From a virus (taxonomy: Duplodnaviria > Heunggongvirae > Uroviricota > Caudoviricetes): 64,000 nt of DNA. Under the pieces are notes generated by a model, which worked only from the letters and a program-made list of their open reading frames with translations, did no database searches and had not been told where the DNA came from. A program made the translations under genes and the position numbers. Location of the stretch: IMG/VR virus record IMGVR_UViG_2926661365_000002. One strand, 5' to 3'. Positions 18,747 through 28,374 of this stretch are shown here, one piece after another (the stretch's first letter is position 1; each line of letters begins with the position of its first letter).

Positions 18747-20292
18747 CGCCGTCTCCTGTGCTCTGCGTTGTGATTTGGGCTTGGCCTTGCGCTGAGACCT
18801 TCCGAGGATCGGAGTCGAAGACGAGGCCCGAGGTGGTCTTGTCCACCTCCGCGAACCACTCGTTGAACTCCTTGAGAACCTCCTTTGGGTTGCGACCGGT
18901 TTTGCCGATCACTTCCTGCGGCGAGCGCTTGCCCATGCGCATTTCGAGGAGATCAGCCCGTGCCTCGTCGAGGCGGTTGATCTCGTCGAACTCCGGCGGT
19001 TCCCACTCGACATTGACGACCAGGTCGAACGGGATCTTCCCGGCTTCCTTGGCTGCCTGAATGAACCAGCCCCAGATTTTCTCCATCACCTGCGGGATGA
19101 TGAAGTGCCACTGCATGTCGGTGACGAAGCGCCGGTATGCGAGCAGCCCCAGCTTGCCGGATGCGAAGTTGGCCTGGCTGAAATCCCCGGTCATCAGCTC
19201 GTATGGAAGGCGAGCGCCTGCCGCGATGCTGCGATGCCGGGTGCGGATGTAAGCCTCGATGCCCGCCGAGATGGCAGGCGTGTTGAACTTCACATCCCGG
19301 CCACCATGGGCGACCAGGAACATGCCCGGCTCCATCCGCTCATAGGGATTGCCGTAGATGTCCCGCATCTGGACGGCGTCACCGTCTCCGGTCTGGGTCT
19401 CGTCGAGGCCGATGTTGGGATCCTCGCCGAGGTCGTCGTCATCGCCGGGGATGACTACGCCGACGTTGCAGGCCTCTGCGCGCTTGCGCACGTTTTCAGC
19501 CAGCTCGTAGTCCTTGAGTTCCTGGATCTCGTTGAGAACCGGAGAAGTCCAAGGAGCGCCACGGCTCTGCGCCGTCTGAGGCTCGAACATATGGGCGATG
19601 TCGGCAGCGTCCACGAAGGAGCTGACGAGTGACTGCCCGTAGGTCATGCGACCGCCTTCCGGGTTCGCTGGGAACATCCAGTATCCCCGGCGCCGGCCGA
19701 TGCGGTCGTATTCGATGCCATCGACGATCGCGTTGGTATCGTTGCTCGGCAGCTGGTTTTTGTTCCAGTCGCAGAACTCGGTCTCGAGCACCTGGATCTG
19801 CAGGGGGACCGGCAGCCCATCGGTGAGGCGACGACGGCGGCGGCGCAGGTAGCCTTCGCCGTCCTGCACCATCATTCGAGCGAGGGTGTAGACCGAGCCG
19901 TTGGCTCCGGTGGTGCCCTCAACGTGCGCCACCTTTTCCCACTCGGCATAGAGCTGGTCGATGAACTGGTCCCAGGTCGGGTTCCCCGTCTTGGCCCGAG
20001 GCATGATGCCGGGGCCGACGAGGTTGTCGGCGTGGGTGGTTACGATCTTTGCCGCGAGCGGATTATTGCGGACAGCATCGCGCGATCGAGCACGAAGCGT
20101 CGCCCCGTCACGGGCAACGTGGCTATCCGCTGTACCGCGCGAATTGCCCCAGTTCTTGCTGAGCCTTCCGTTCTTGGCCGCTTCGTACCCACGGGTGCCA
20201 CCCAGCAACTCCATCTTCCGACGGCTCGCCATGCGCTTTGCGCCGGCCTCCGGGTTGAACCAACCGATCAGCTTATCAAGGGGATTCCCCAT
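18730..20292 (-). CDS. Portal protein, lambda gpB family
   Basis: 520 aa. The N-terminus ...GYEAAKNGRLSKNW...TLRARSRDAVRNNPLAAKIVTTHADNLVGPG matches lambda-family portals. It follows gpW and terL as in lambda. Confidence 0.8.
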   Translation of the reverse strand: MGNPLDKLIGWFNPEAGAKRMASRRKMELLGGTRGYEAAKNGRLSKNWGNSRGTADSHVARDGATLRARSRDAVRNNPLAAKIVTTHADNLVGPGIMPRAKTGNPTWDQFIDQLYAEWEKVAHVEGTTGANGSVYTLARMMVQDGEGYLRRRRRRLTDGLPVPLQIQVLETEFCDWNKNQLPSNDTNAIVDGIEYDRIGRRRGYWMFPANPEGGRMTYGQSLVSSFVDAADIAHMFEPQTAQSRGAPWTSPVLNEIQELKDYELAENVRKRAEACNVGVVIPGDDDDLGEDPNIGLDETQTGDGDAVQMRDIYGNPYERMEPGMFLVAHGGRDVKFNTPAISAGIEAYIRTRHRSIAAGARLPYELMTGDFSQANFASGKLGLLAYRRFVTDMQWHFIIPQVMEKIWGWFIQAAKEAGKIPFDLVVNVEWEPPEFDEINRLDEARADLLEMRMGKRSPQEVIGKTGRNPKEVLKEFNEWFAEVDKTTSGLVFDSDPRKVSAQGQAQITTQSTGDGDAESS

Positions 20293-20519
20293 CAGCGCCC
20301 CCTTGAAAATGTGGTGAAGATGACGTGCTTGCGGCGTTTCCCGCGAACGGCTGTGGTCAGCTCGTCCAGCACGGCTTTCATTTCGTCCATCGACCGATAC
20401 GTGACGTCACGCTCTCGGAAGCGGACACGAGACGCGCCGGAGTAGTAGGCCTCGGCAAGATCCCGGAGGAACGCCTGCTTCTCTTCCGGCGACAGTTCGT
20501 CGAGGAAAGGATTGCTCAT
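20292..20519 (-). CDS. Head-tail joining protein gpW-like
   Basis: 75 aa between the terminase large subunit and the portal, as in the lambda A-W-B order. Confidence 0.5.
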   Translation of the reverse strand: MSNPFLDELSPEEKQAFLRDLAEAYYSGASRVRFRERDVTYRSMDEMKAVLDELTTAVRGKRRKHVIFTTFSRGR

Positions 20520-22579
20520 CCCCAGATACTCCCGCTGCCCTGCATCCAGCCCCCACCAGGCTTTCGCTTGGCGGGAGGCGGAGTGGACTGTTGCTGTTGC
20601 TGTGGCTCGGGCTCCGGCGCGCGGCGTCTAGCCGGCCCGTCTCGAAGCTTGCCGAGGTTGAGGATCATTTGGGCTGCGCCCTGCATGGCCTCGCAGTCGA
20701 GGTAGTGGTTGTCCCTCGCCTTCTGGACCCACTTGACCTTGCCCCCAGGGGCACGGGTCCGGGCTTCCGAGACGATCTGCCGGCAGTAGTCCTCGGTGAT
20801 GTCCTCCGGCAGGTGCCAAGCTCCGGGCTGATCGTCGAGCCACCTCACCCGCTGCTGGACCCACGACTTGAAATAGTCGGTGTCCAGGCGGAGTAGCTCG
20901 AGTCCCTGCTTGAACTCCTTGCCGTCGATTTTCACGTCGATCTTGCTGCTGACGATCGGCTTCCGCATCGTGGTCGACGAACCCTTCGTCGCTCGGACGA
21001 GGTTCGGGAACCGACGGGCGAAGGCGTAGACGCGGTGTTCCGGTACCAGGAACTTCTTGCCGGGGCGGAAGCCGGAGTCGACGAGGGCGAGCCGGATGGG
21101 CAGGCCGTCGTATGTGCCGGTGACCACCTGGGCCAGATCGTTCCAGACATCGAGCTCCTCGGTCGGGCCGTACAGCTGATCAGCGTCGATCAGCCAGGAC
21201 GTGCCGAATGCTCCCCACCCTCGAACCGTGTAATAGATCCGGTCCTTCTGGACGTCGGCGGTGAGCGTCAGGAGGCGGACACCTTCTGGCACTTCCCGCA
21301 TGCGGTAGTCCGGCAGCGCGCGGTCCATGACCTCGCCCCACTCGGGAACCGCTCCACCGCCGGGTGAGTAAAGCTCGCCAAAGCCCTGATTTTTAACGGA
21401 CTGGATAGCGTTCGGATCACCCGATCGGACGGCCTCAACGTAGCGTGAGGCGCGCTCACCCCACGAGACAAAGGGAGAGCAGAGACCTGAAACCCAGAAG
21501 CTTATGGTGGTGCTCTCAGGCGGCAGGCCGTCGACAATCCCACCGGGCAGGATCTTCTGACCGGGCGCGACGTAGACGCCGTGCTCGTTCATCCATTCCT
21601 TGGCGAGGTAGTTCGAGTTGGTCACGGTGACCGGGTCGTTCTCCTTGATCACGCACCCGTTGGTGCAGACAAGGTGAGCCGTGCGCTTGGCCAACGAGGC
21701 GCTGGAGGGCATCTCTCTGCCGTGCTCGTCGACCGGCTTATCCCACCCCAGGCACTGAAACCTCGGGATGAAGAACTCGCCGCAGTGAGGGCACGGCCAT
21801 GCCCAATGGTACTTCGTGCCGGTCAGCCAGAGACGCCAGATAACCGACTGGATTTCCTCCGGGTCGCTGTCGGCCCAGAACTCAAGACCGCTCTCGGGAT
21901 CGCGCTCCACATCGGTGCTCCCCAAGCTCGGGGTTGAGGTGATGGCATGGACGAAGTCGGCGTAGCTATCGCCGCGGGCGTCGATCAGGCCGATCGGGTT
22001 ACCCTGACCGTTGAGCTGCGCCATCATCTCGTCGGCTTCGTCCGTCAGCGCCAGGCCGAACGGGTCGGACTTGAGGGCCGTCGAGGATCGACCGTGGGCC
22101 AGACGAACCGGCACACCGTTGATCAGCTTGCGGGTTACCTTCTGCCTGCTCTTCGGAGCGCACCGGTCGACCAGGCAGGTGTTCTGCATCAGGTCTTCCA
22201 TGCGCGGAGCCCACTGCTCCACCAGGAACTGGCGGGACGGGCCGGCATAGATCATCGGTACCGGCGAGGTGTCGAGGCGCTCACCCATGATGTCGAGCAG
22301 GGTTTCAGACTTGCCCGACTGGGCCGACACAACCATGACGGCGCGCTTGTGCGTCTTGGCATGAACCGCCATGGCGAACGGGATCATGTAGGGCGTGACC
22401 TTCGGCTCTCTCGGGCCGGGCTTGCCGGATGTCGAAGGATAGGTCCGGTTCTCTCTCGCCCACTGGACCGGGTTAGTCCTCGGTCTCGGCCTCAGAAGCC
22501 TCGCTGCCGACTCGAAGAGTTTGGAGACGTTTGATTTGGCGATCTGCCAATCGGAGCCGTCCTCGATCGATGATTTCAT
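20516..22579 (-). CDS. Terminase large subunit (lambda GpA family)
   Basis: 687 aa. It has a P-loop-like VVSAQSGKSETLLD and the size and context of GpA. Confidence 0.85.
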   Translation of the reverse strand: MKSSIEDGSDWQIAKSNVSKLFESAARLLRPRPRTNPVQWARENRTYPSTSGKPGPREPKVTPYMIPFAMAVHAKTHKRAVMVVSAQSGKSETLLDIMGERLDTSPVPMIYAGPSRQFLVEQWAPRMEDLMQNTCLVDRCAPKSRQKVTRKLINGVPVRLAHGRSSTALKSDPFGLALTDEADEMMAQLNGQGNPIGLIDARGDSYADFVHAITSTPSLGSTDVERDPESGLEFWADSDPEEIQSVIWRLWLTGTKYHWAWPCPHCGEFFIPRFQCLGWDKPVDEHGREMPSSASLAKRTAHLVCTNGCVIKENDPVTVTNSNYLAKEWMNEHGVYVAPGQKILPGGIVDGLPPESTTISFWVSGLCSPFVSWGERASRYVEAVRSGDPNAIQSVKNQGFGELYSPGGGAVPEWGEVMDRALPDYRMREVPEGVRLLTLTADVQKDRIYYTVRGWGAFGTSWLIDADQLYGPTEELDVWNDLAQVVTGTYDGLPIRLALVDSGFRPGKKFLVPEHRVYAFARRFPNLVRATKGSSTTMRKPIVSSKIDVKIDGKEFKQGLELLRLDTDYFKSWVQQRVRWLDDQPGAWHLPEDITEDYCRQIVSEARTRAPGGKVKWVQKARDNHYLDCEAMQGAAQMILNLGKLRDGPARRRAPEPEPQQQQQSTPPPAKRKPGGGWMQGSGSIWG

Positions 22580-23018
22580 TGAGCCTATGCCGCTCTGTCG
22601 GCACCCCTGTTATCTCGGCAGGCAAGCCCGACAGGTAGGCGTTGAAGTCACCCACGATCTCCTGGAGGACGCCGTCAGCCTCCTCGAGCGGGATCAGCTC
22701 CCTCTCTTTGCGGGCACGGGCCATCCGGATCTCGAGGGTCTTCTCGTCCCTGAGTTTGTCGATGCTGGCGCTACCGGTTTTCTTTTCGCTGCCGTCCTTC
22801 AAAAAATCGCAGTAGGCCCGGACGGTGTTGGCCACATGGAACTTGCCCTTCTCGGCGGTGATCACCCCGTCGCTCTGCAGCTTTCGAAGGAAGCGCGACG
22901 AGATCTTGAGGACCGCCGCCATGTCGATCTGAGAGAGCATCTGCTCTGCAACCGGGATGGCCTTCGCCGCCTTGGCCTTCGGCTTCGGCTTCGTCTTGGG
23001 GGCTGGCGCCTTCGCCAT
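22473..23018 (-). CDS. Terminase small subunit (start reassigned to the internal ATG, MAKAPAPK...)
   Basis: It is immediately upstream of terL. It has a Lys/Ala/Pro-rich N-terminus and an HTH-like segment. The ATG at 23016-23018 abuts the stop of the upstream gene. Confidence 0.55.
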   Translation of the reverse strand: MAKAPAPKTKPKPKAKAAKAIPVAEQMLSQIDMAAVLKISSRFLRKLQSDGVITAEKGKFHVANTVRAYCDFLKDGSEKKTGSASIDKLRDEKTLEIRMARARKERELIPLEEADGVLQEIVGDFNAYLSGLPAEITGVPTERHRLNEIIDRGRLRLADRQIKRLQTLRVGSEASEAETED

Positions 23019-23704
23019 CAGAACCTCATCAGCTTGGTGATGCGCTTCGTCACGGCCTCCTCGAGCACGGCCGGAGCCTGCGCCATGAAGATCGAGGCGG
23101 AGTCGCCATCTGGGATTTCTTCTCGGAGAGCCGGACCAAACAGCCGGCGGATCTTGCCCCACTTCGGCCCGGTGCCCGTCGATGCGAACCGGCCTCTTGC
23201 CGATCGAGGCTGCCAGGATCGGCTGTCATGGGTCCAAAGGACTCGAGGGGCTTTCACCCCCGCCTCCCTGGAGCGCATCATGTAGAAGCCGCCCTTGGTT
23301 GCGAACGATCGCTTGAAGATGCGTGGGTTGTTCCAGACGTCCGACCTGACCGAGCCTCGATCGCTGATCTGGATCTTGCTGTTTAGCCTGGACTTAACAG
23401 CGACCGACCGGAGGCCCTTGTAGTTCTCGGCCCGGATACCGCCCTTCACCGAGAAGATGTCGTAAGCCAGGATGCCCTGCCGACCGACGCCCCGGGTGTT
23501 GGCCACCACATAGGACTGGTACTGACCGGCCTTGAGGTTCATCTGCTTGGTGACCGTCTTCTGGACCACCGTCTTCATTTTTCGGCCGGCGTCGACAACG
23601 CCCCGGTACATCTCTCGCTGCGCTCTGGGGGATGCCAACTGCTCTGCAGCTCGAGCCATCCTGGTGACCAGCAAAAGGTTGGAGCCGCTCCGTACAACGT
23701 ACAC
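23018..23704 (-). CDS. Basic hypothetical protein, first gene of the late operon
   Basis: 228 aa rich in K/R/S. No catalytic motif was recognised. The real start may be the internal MARAAEQL. Confidence 0.4.
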   Translation of the reverse strand: MYVVRSGSNLLLVTRMARAAEQLASPRAQREMYRGVVDAGRKMKTVVQKTVTKQMNLKAGQYQSYVVANTRGVGRQGILAYDIFSVKGGIRAENYKGLRSVAVKSRLNSKIQISDRGSVRSDVWNNPRIFKRSFATKGGFYMMRSREAGVKAPRVLWTHDSRSWQPRSARGRFASTGTGPKWGKIRRLFGPALREEIPDGDSASIFMAQAPAVLEEAVTKRITKLMRF

Positions 23705-23989
23705 GTTTCAGCCCTCCATCGGCATGCAACCGGCCACCCACCAAACGACCGGTTTGTTCTACAGATCGCCCCGGTACCGGTGGCCTATTGGAATTTCGTT
23801 TCTATCCGCCCGGTGGCATCACCCCATTTCGTTGCGCGATCTGAGCAAATCCATTCCTCGCCCGGCCGGCCCCGGATCCAGGAATCGGAAGCCTGAAATT
23901 GAAAACACCGAAATCGCTCAAATGCTGCGCTGCCGCTCGCCCGCGGTCGGGGGGTCTGGGGGGCGAAGAACCTAAGGCCGCCGGGGGGT

Positions 23990-24500
23990 AGGCAGGGGCG
24001 GCGGGCCATGGGCGGCAGGGGTGGCGGGGGCTGGCTGGCAGGCTAGGCAGGCGGCAGGCGTGGCCATGGCGGCAGGCGGCGGCAGGGGGTGACCGGCGGC
24101 AGGCTGGCAGGGGTGGACGGCAGGCAGGCAGGCGGTAGGCTGGCAGGCTGGCAGGACGTGGCCACGCTAGACCGACGGCAGGCAGGCAGGCAGGCGGCAG
24201 GACATGGCCGGGGGTACGCTTCCCCCCTTCCCTGCCTATCGGCACGGCTTCCCCCTTCCTTCCCCCCGTGGGGGGCGGAGACAAGCGGCGGACTGTGAAG
24301 GGCTGGCAGGTGCTGGCCAGCTGTCACCGGCTGGCAGATATTGGCGACGCTATGCGGGTTATTGCCTGCCTCTTCTGGGCACCCCCGCCGGGGCTTTGTC
24401 GGCTGGCAGGATCTGGCCACGGCTTCCCCCTTCCCCCGCCGGGGTTACCGACAGGGGCTGGATATGGTGCGCCGTGGCCACGCTATGCGGCGGCAGGCTT
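23990..24500. repeat. GC-rich iteron-like repeat array (GGCTGGCAGG units, GTGGCCACGCTATGCGG units, GGCTTCCCCCTTCC units)
   Basis: Direct reading finds GGCTGGCAGG at least 6 times and the palindromic core GTGGCCAC in acGTGGCCACgcta twice. A longer unit ggctgg(cag)atat..gg..acgctatgcgg occurs twice. GGCAGGC runs are also present. Confidence 0.6.
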
Positions 24501-24539
24501 GGCAATGTCGGGGGAGAATCGGCGGCGGTTTCTAGTCGA

Positions 24540-25790
24540 GATTCGCCGTTATTGATTCGCTTTTAGACTCGCGGCGGTTGAAACGTCAACGGCGCTAAAT
24601 CCGGCGGGTTTAGACCTGCTAATGCGGGGTGATTTGGGTGATTTGCCGAATAGGGTAATTCAATCTGAATAGAGGCCGGTTAGCGTACCTGGCGATTGCC
24701 TGCCTGTTTTCATTGGCTTTTCTGGCTTGGCTTGGCTGGCTTTCAGGTGTAGCAAGCATGCAGATTTATTTCAATCAAATCAGGTGCTTAGGTTCTCGGT
24801 CAATTCGTTACGTATGTTTTTCAAGCGAAACGTATTGACGGCAATGCATACCGCATTTATGAAGGGGGCAAGCCAAACGAAATTTTGGTGACTGACAAAC
24901 CGGTTCCGGGGTTTCGGCCTTGCGGTTTGGGTTCTTTGACAAGCAGGTATCAGGGTCTCAGATCCGCCATGTAGTGACGGGGGTTTGCCGTAAGGTTTTC
25001 CTCTTGAGTGAAAAGGCGGGTTAGATACTTGGGTATCAATGCACCGGTCATTGGCAAAGTTAGCTTTGCGGTCCCTATGTAGCGGGATGACTTAATAATA
25101 GCACATTATCAAATGTTCCGGATCTGAGATCTATATGGAAGACACGATAAGGCCGGTTCATTAACCGGCTGAACGGCGGTGACTGTATAGGCAACCTTAC
25201 CTGTGAAGAGATACAGGGTATTGACGTTCGCTCTAAATGCGAACTACAAGCGAGATGATTGACGGAAAGATAGATAACCACGGTTGGCAATACAGGGCAG
25301 GCAATAGCCTTTTGAAGTTTCGAAAAAACGCCTTTCAACATAGGGAAGTCCCTAGCCGCGGCTAGATAGTTCTGTGAACAATTCGTTAGCACGTATCGAA
25401 TTGAGCAGAACGGAAACCAATCGGCAAAACGTGCAACAAGTTTCTAAGACCGGCTAGAGCAATCTGGCCGGTCTTTCACGTTTCAAGACCTAAGCCGGTT
25501 AGGCGGTTTAGGCGTTGAAACGAAGGGAAACGGAAATGATCGGTTATCTAAACAAGACCAAAAGCGGCTTTGTTCTCACTATCTGCGATGCACCTTGCAC
25601 CGGGGAAGCGTTCAACAATGCGGAAAAGGTCGCGGTTAGCGGCAAGCGGGAAGCGAACCGGATTTGCAATGAAAGGGGGGTGAAGCCTCATAACTGGTGA
25701 CCTTGACAGTCTTAAGCCCACGGTTAGCGCCGTGGGCTTAGGGAAGCCAAGGGCTTCAACCGGCAATCATGCCACATAGGAAACAACGAC
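24540..25790. other. AT-rich non-coding island (about 45% GC versus about 65% flanks); candidate cos/pac, origin or regulatory RNA region
   Basis: No ORF of 60 aa or more with native codon usage. GGCTT direct repeats at 24700-24745. Hairpins at 25458-25484 and 25715-25740. It lies between the late-operon start and the plus-strand block. Confidence 0.5.
25536..25700 (+). CDS. Small ORF (54 aa) inside the AT-rich island
   Basis: Start is GGAAATG. The ORF is flanked by two hairpins. Its composition is atypical for this genome. Confidence 0.2.
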   Translation: MIGYLNKTKSGFVLTICDAPCTGEAFNNAEKVAVSGKREANRICNERGVKPHNW

Positions 25791-25791
25791 A

Positions 25792-26388
25792 ATGACGAAA
25801 TTCACCATCATCACCGGCAAGGCTCTTGCATCGGCTATCAAGGGCCGCGCGGCTCAGGTCGAAACGTTCAAGGAACGTGAACATCAGCTTGCGACTTCCT
25901 GCCTTCACCATGTCGAGCAGCATTCGGACGTCGTCCACCTGAACGGCCTTCTGTCCGTCACCCCGGCCAACTATCGGCGCGGTCTGGTCTTGTGGGCCGT
26001 GGCCTACGGCAAGGTGACCTATGACGCAAAGGAACGGGTTTTCGCCTTTGCCAAGGGCAAGAAGTCGGATCTTCCGGGGGCGGAGTCCGTCGCACCTGCC
26101 GACTATGAAAAGGCGGCGAAGACCGGCGGCGACAAGACGGCGAAGACCCTCATGGAACGGCTGGAAAACGCGGCGGCGAAGACGATCAAGGATGAAGCCG
26201 CCACGCCGGAAGATCTCGCCCTTGCCAAGGCGCTGGCTGCCTTCTTGCAGCACCACAAGCGCGCCGTCGTGGTCGACATGGTCAAGGCCAAGGCCACGGC
26301 GAAGACCCCGGCCAAGGCCAAGGCCCCGGCCAAGCCTGCCCCGGTCGCAACGCAGGAAGCCCCGCAGCTCGATCTGGTCGCAGCCTGA
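25792..26388 (+). CDS. Hypothetical protein with a histone-H1-like AKAK/PAKP C-terminal tail
   Basis: 198 aa. The C-terminus reads KAKATAKTPAKAKAPAKPAPVATQEAP. It is the first gene of the plus-strand block. Confidence 0.5.
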   Translation: MTKFTIITGKALASAIKGRAAQVETFKEREHQLATSCLHHVEQHSDVVHLNGLLSVTPANYRRGLVLWAVAYGKVTYDAKERVFAFAKGKKSDLPGAESVAPADYEKAAKTGGDKTAKTLMERLENAAAKTIKDEAATPEDLALAKALAAFLQHHKRAVVVDMVKAKATAKTPAKAKAPAKPAPVATQEAPQLDLVAA

Positions 26389-26530
26389 AAGGGGGACCGG
26401 TTCACGGTAATACAGGGGGGGCGGCGCTAGTCGCCCCCTTTCGTGCGCCTATGCAAGGGCGGGTTCTGCCCCGCCTTTCCATGGCCGCACGGCCACCCCG
26501 GCAATTATGCCCCAACGGAGATCCACCCCC

Positions 26531-26689
26531 ATGCGTATCCGCCCCCTCGCGCCCCGACGCTGGCTTGTCGAGAACCGCCGCCAGTCCGGCATCGTGTGCG
26601 GTTCCTTCGCCCGTGCGTACCTGATCGGTCGCATTGCGCCCCTGCTTGGTCGCCGGATGCTTCCGGCCCTCGCCGCCGCGACGTGGTGA
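26531..26689 (+). CDS. Small basic ORF (52 aa)
   Basis: A GGAG sequence precedes the ATG. The region is high-GC with many overlapping ORFs. Confidence 0.2.
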   Translation: MRIRPLAPRRWLVENRRQSGIVCGSFARAYLIGRIAPLLGRRMLPALAAATW

Positions 26690-26691
26690 CC

Positions 26692-26826
26692 AATGGCCCC
26701 GCATCCGTCCGTCTCGCTCGCCCTCGCCTGCCTGCCGATCATGGCCCTCGTCCTGCTCATGGACACGCCCGTCGGCACCATTGCCGAAGGCCTGGCCCGT
26801 ATCGTCTACGCGCTCGCCGCCCGCTA
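26692..26826 (+). CDS. Small hydrophobic ORF (44 aa)
   Basis: MAPHPSVSLALACLPIMALVLLMDTP... The ATG is close to the upstream stop. It ends immediately before the first TAACCCGCAACCATGC motif. Confidence 0.2.
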
Positions 26827-26859
26827 ACCCGCAACCATGCGAAAAAGGAGATCCGCCCC

Positions 26860-27069
26860 ATGCCACGGGTGAAGTCCGCCTATGCCCCCGACGACCGTCA
26901 CCGTCAGGTCGCGCCCCTGCTCGATCCGCACTATGACGACGGCCTCGACCTCGACCTCGACGCCTTCGTCTCGCTCGCCCTCCCGCGCGCATCCGACCGG
27001 CTGGCCTATGCCGCCACGCTTCTGGCCGAGGACGGCACCCCCTGCCTCCGCCTGTCCTCGATCGGTTGA
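26860..27069 (+). CDS. Small hypothetical protein (69 aa)
   Basis: An AAAAAGGAG RBS and the start-associated motif lie upstream. The ORF is in frame with the listed 26443 ORF. Confidence 0.35.
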   Translation: MPRVKSAYAPDDRHRQVAPLLDPHYDDGLDLDLDAFVSLALPRASDRLAYAATLLAEDGTPCLRLSSIG

Positions 27070-27077
27070 GGTGCGCC

Positions 27078-27320
27078 ATGGTCCGCCTCGACCCGCAATC
27101 CCCCGCCGTGCGCACCATCTCCCAGTGGCAAGCCGCCGCCCCCGCCCTCGGTGTCCGCACATGGCAAGGCGCAATGCGCCGCTCCGCCCTCGCCAATGGC
27201 CAAGCCATCGCGATGCTGTCCACCGACGGCGCAATCATCATGGATCGCGACGAGTCCTCCGCCACGCGCACCAGCACCCGCGTCCTGGCCCCGTCAGAAG
27301 TCCGGTGGATGCGCCCGTGA
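27078..27320 (+). CDS. Small hypothetical protein
   Basis: GAGGTG RBS. Stop-start overlap with the next gene. Confidence 0.3.
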   Translation: MVRLDPQSPAVRTISQWQAAAPALGVRTWQGAMRRSALANGQAIAMLSTDGAIIMDRDESSATRTSTRVLAPSEVRWMRP

Positions 27321-27631
27321 TCCGCCCCGCCCCGATCACGACCATGGCGCTGATTATCTTCGCCATCGTCCGCCTCGCGCCCGCCCCGACGGTCGCTGAC
27401 ACGGGCAAGCCCTTCGGCGCCCCGCACCCCGTCAAATCCGCGCCCGTGGCCTCTGCGCCTGCGCCCGTGGTCGACGAGTGGGCCGCATACATCCCAAAGC
27501 TCGCCCCCGTGCCGCCTCGCCGCCCCAAACCGGCCAAGCCGCGCACCCGTCGCAAGCCCACGCCCCGCCCCCTGCCGATCGGCCGCGTGGCGGAGCCCGT
27601 CGCCTTCACGTTCTCGATTTCGATCCGGTGA
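27317..27631 (+). CDS. Hypothetical protein with N-terminal hydrophobic segment and Pro/Lys/Arg-rich C-terminus
   Basis: GTGA overlap start. ALIIFAIVRLAPAP is followed by PKPAKPRTRRKPTPRP. Confidence 0.3.
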   Translation: MIRPAPITTMALIIFAIVRLAPAPTVADTGKPFGAPHPVKSAPVASAPAPVVDEWAAYIPKLAPVPPRRPKPAKPRTRRKPTPRPLPIGRVAEPVAFTFSISIR

Positions 27632-27634
27632 CCC

Positions 27635-27877
27635 ATGGCCTTCACCGCCATCGAAAACATGAGGGTCGGCTATCTCGTCGGGTTCGAAGACCGAGAGAGC
27701 AACAGATACATCATCTTTGACCCCCGGGATCGCGGCTTCACCCTCTACACGGGCCGATACGGGCACGGATGCAATCCCATCACAGGACCGCGCGCCCGCC
27801 CCTACATCGACAAGCTCACCCCCGAACAAATCGCCCTCTGCACCGCCGCATCACTCTTGCGAAAGGACTCCCCATGA
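27635..27877 (+). CDS. Small paralog-family protein (member 1)
   Basis: 80 aa. Core DRGFTLYT and C-terminus LTPEQIALCTAASLL match the family consensus. Confidence 0.45.
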   Translation: MAFTAIENMRVGYLVGFEDRESNRYIIFDPRDRGFTLYTGRYGHGCNPITGPRARPYIDKLTPEQIALCTAASLLRKDSP

Positions 27878-28107
27878 CCTTCAACGACGCCCACGCCGCC
27901 CACGCCGCCGCTGACGAGCGCTGGATGGCCGAGATCCGCGCCGCCTACCCTCGCGAGTGGGCCGGTGACGTCCGTTACACCGACCGCGCCCAGGGTGAAG
28001 AGGGCAGCCCGTTGCGCGCCGCCTATGAGGAGTATCAGCGCACCCGCCTGACCTTCGAGGCCGCGCTCGCCGTCGCCTACCCGTCCGCCTGCCAGCCCGC
28101 CGCATGA
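27874..28107 (+). CDS. Small hypothetical protein
   Basis: ATGA overlap with the upstream gene. Confidence 0.35.
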   Translation: MTFNDAHAAHAAADERWMAEIRAAYPREWAGDVRYTDRAQGEEGSPLRAAYEEYQRTRLTFEAALAVAYPSACQPAA

Positions 28108-28364
28108 TCATGGCCAAGACCCGCGCAAAGAGCCCCACATCCCTGGCCTCGAAGCTCGCCGCTCTGCGCCCCGGAGAGACCATGTATCTCGACGACCCGC
28201 GCGAACACAGCACCCCCTTGGATCGCCAAGTTCAGGCGATGGCCGTCAAATCGGGCAGCGGTGACCGCTTCATCACCGCGCGCATGGTCGCCGTGCAGGC
28301 ATCGCCCGCCGCAGCCGTCCCGATCCTCGCAATCACCAAGGTCGGCCTGCCCGACCCAGACTGA
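28104..28364 (+). CDS. Small hypothetical protein (possible degenerate family member)
   Basis: 86 aa. A cccgccgcATGATCATGG motif precedes it. It has DRFITARM and a C-terminus AAAVPILAITKVGL. Confidence 0.4.
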   Translation: MIMAKTRAKSPTSLASKLAALRPGETMYLDDPREHSTPLDRQVQAMAVKSGSGDRFITARMVAVQASPAAAVPILAITKVGLPDPD

Positions 28365-28374
28365 CCCGCCACCT

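Noticed and set aside
23018-23704. HNH endonuclease or endolysin assignment for the 228-aa basic protein upstream of terS
   Set aside because: No HNH Cys/His framework or lysozyme/amidase motifs could be seen. Left as hypothetical.
24043-24566. Several 60-160-aa ORFs (both strands) inside the GGCAGG repeat array
   Set aside because: They are produced by the repeats themselves (poly-Pro/Ala/Gly/Arg translations). They have no RBS and mutually overlap in all frames.
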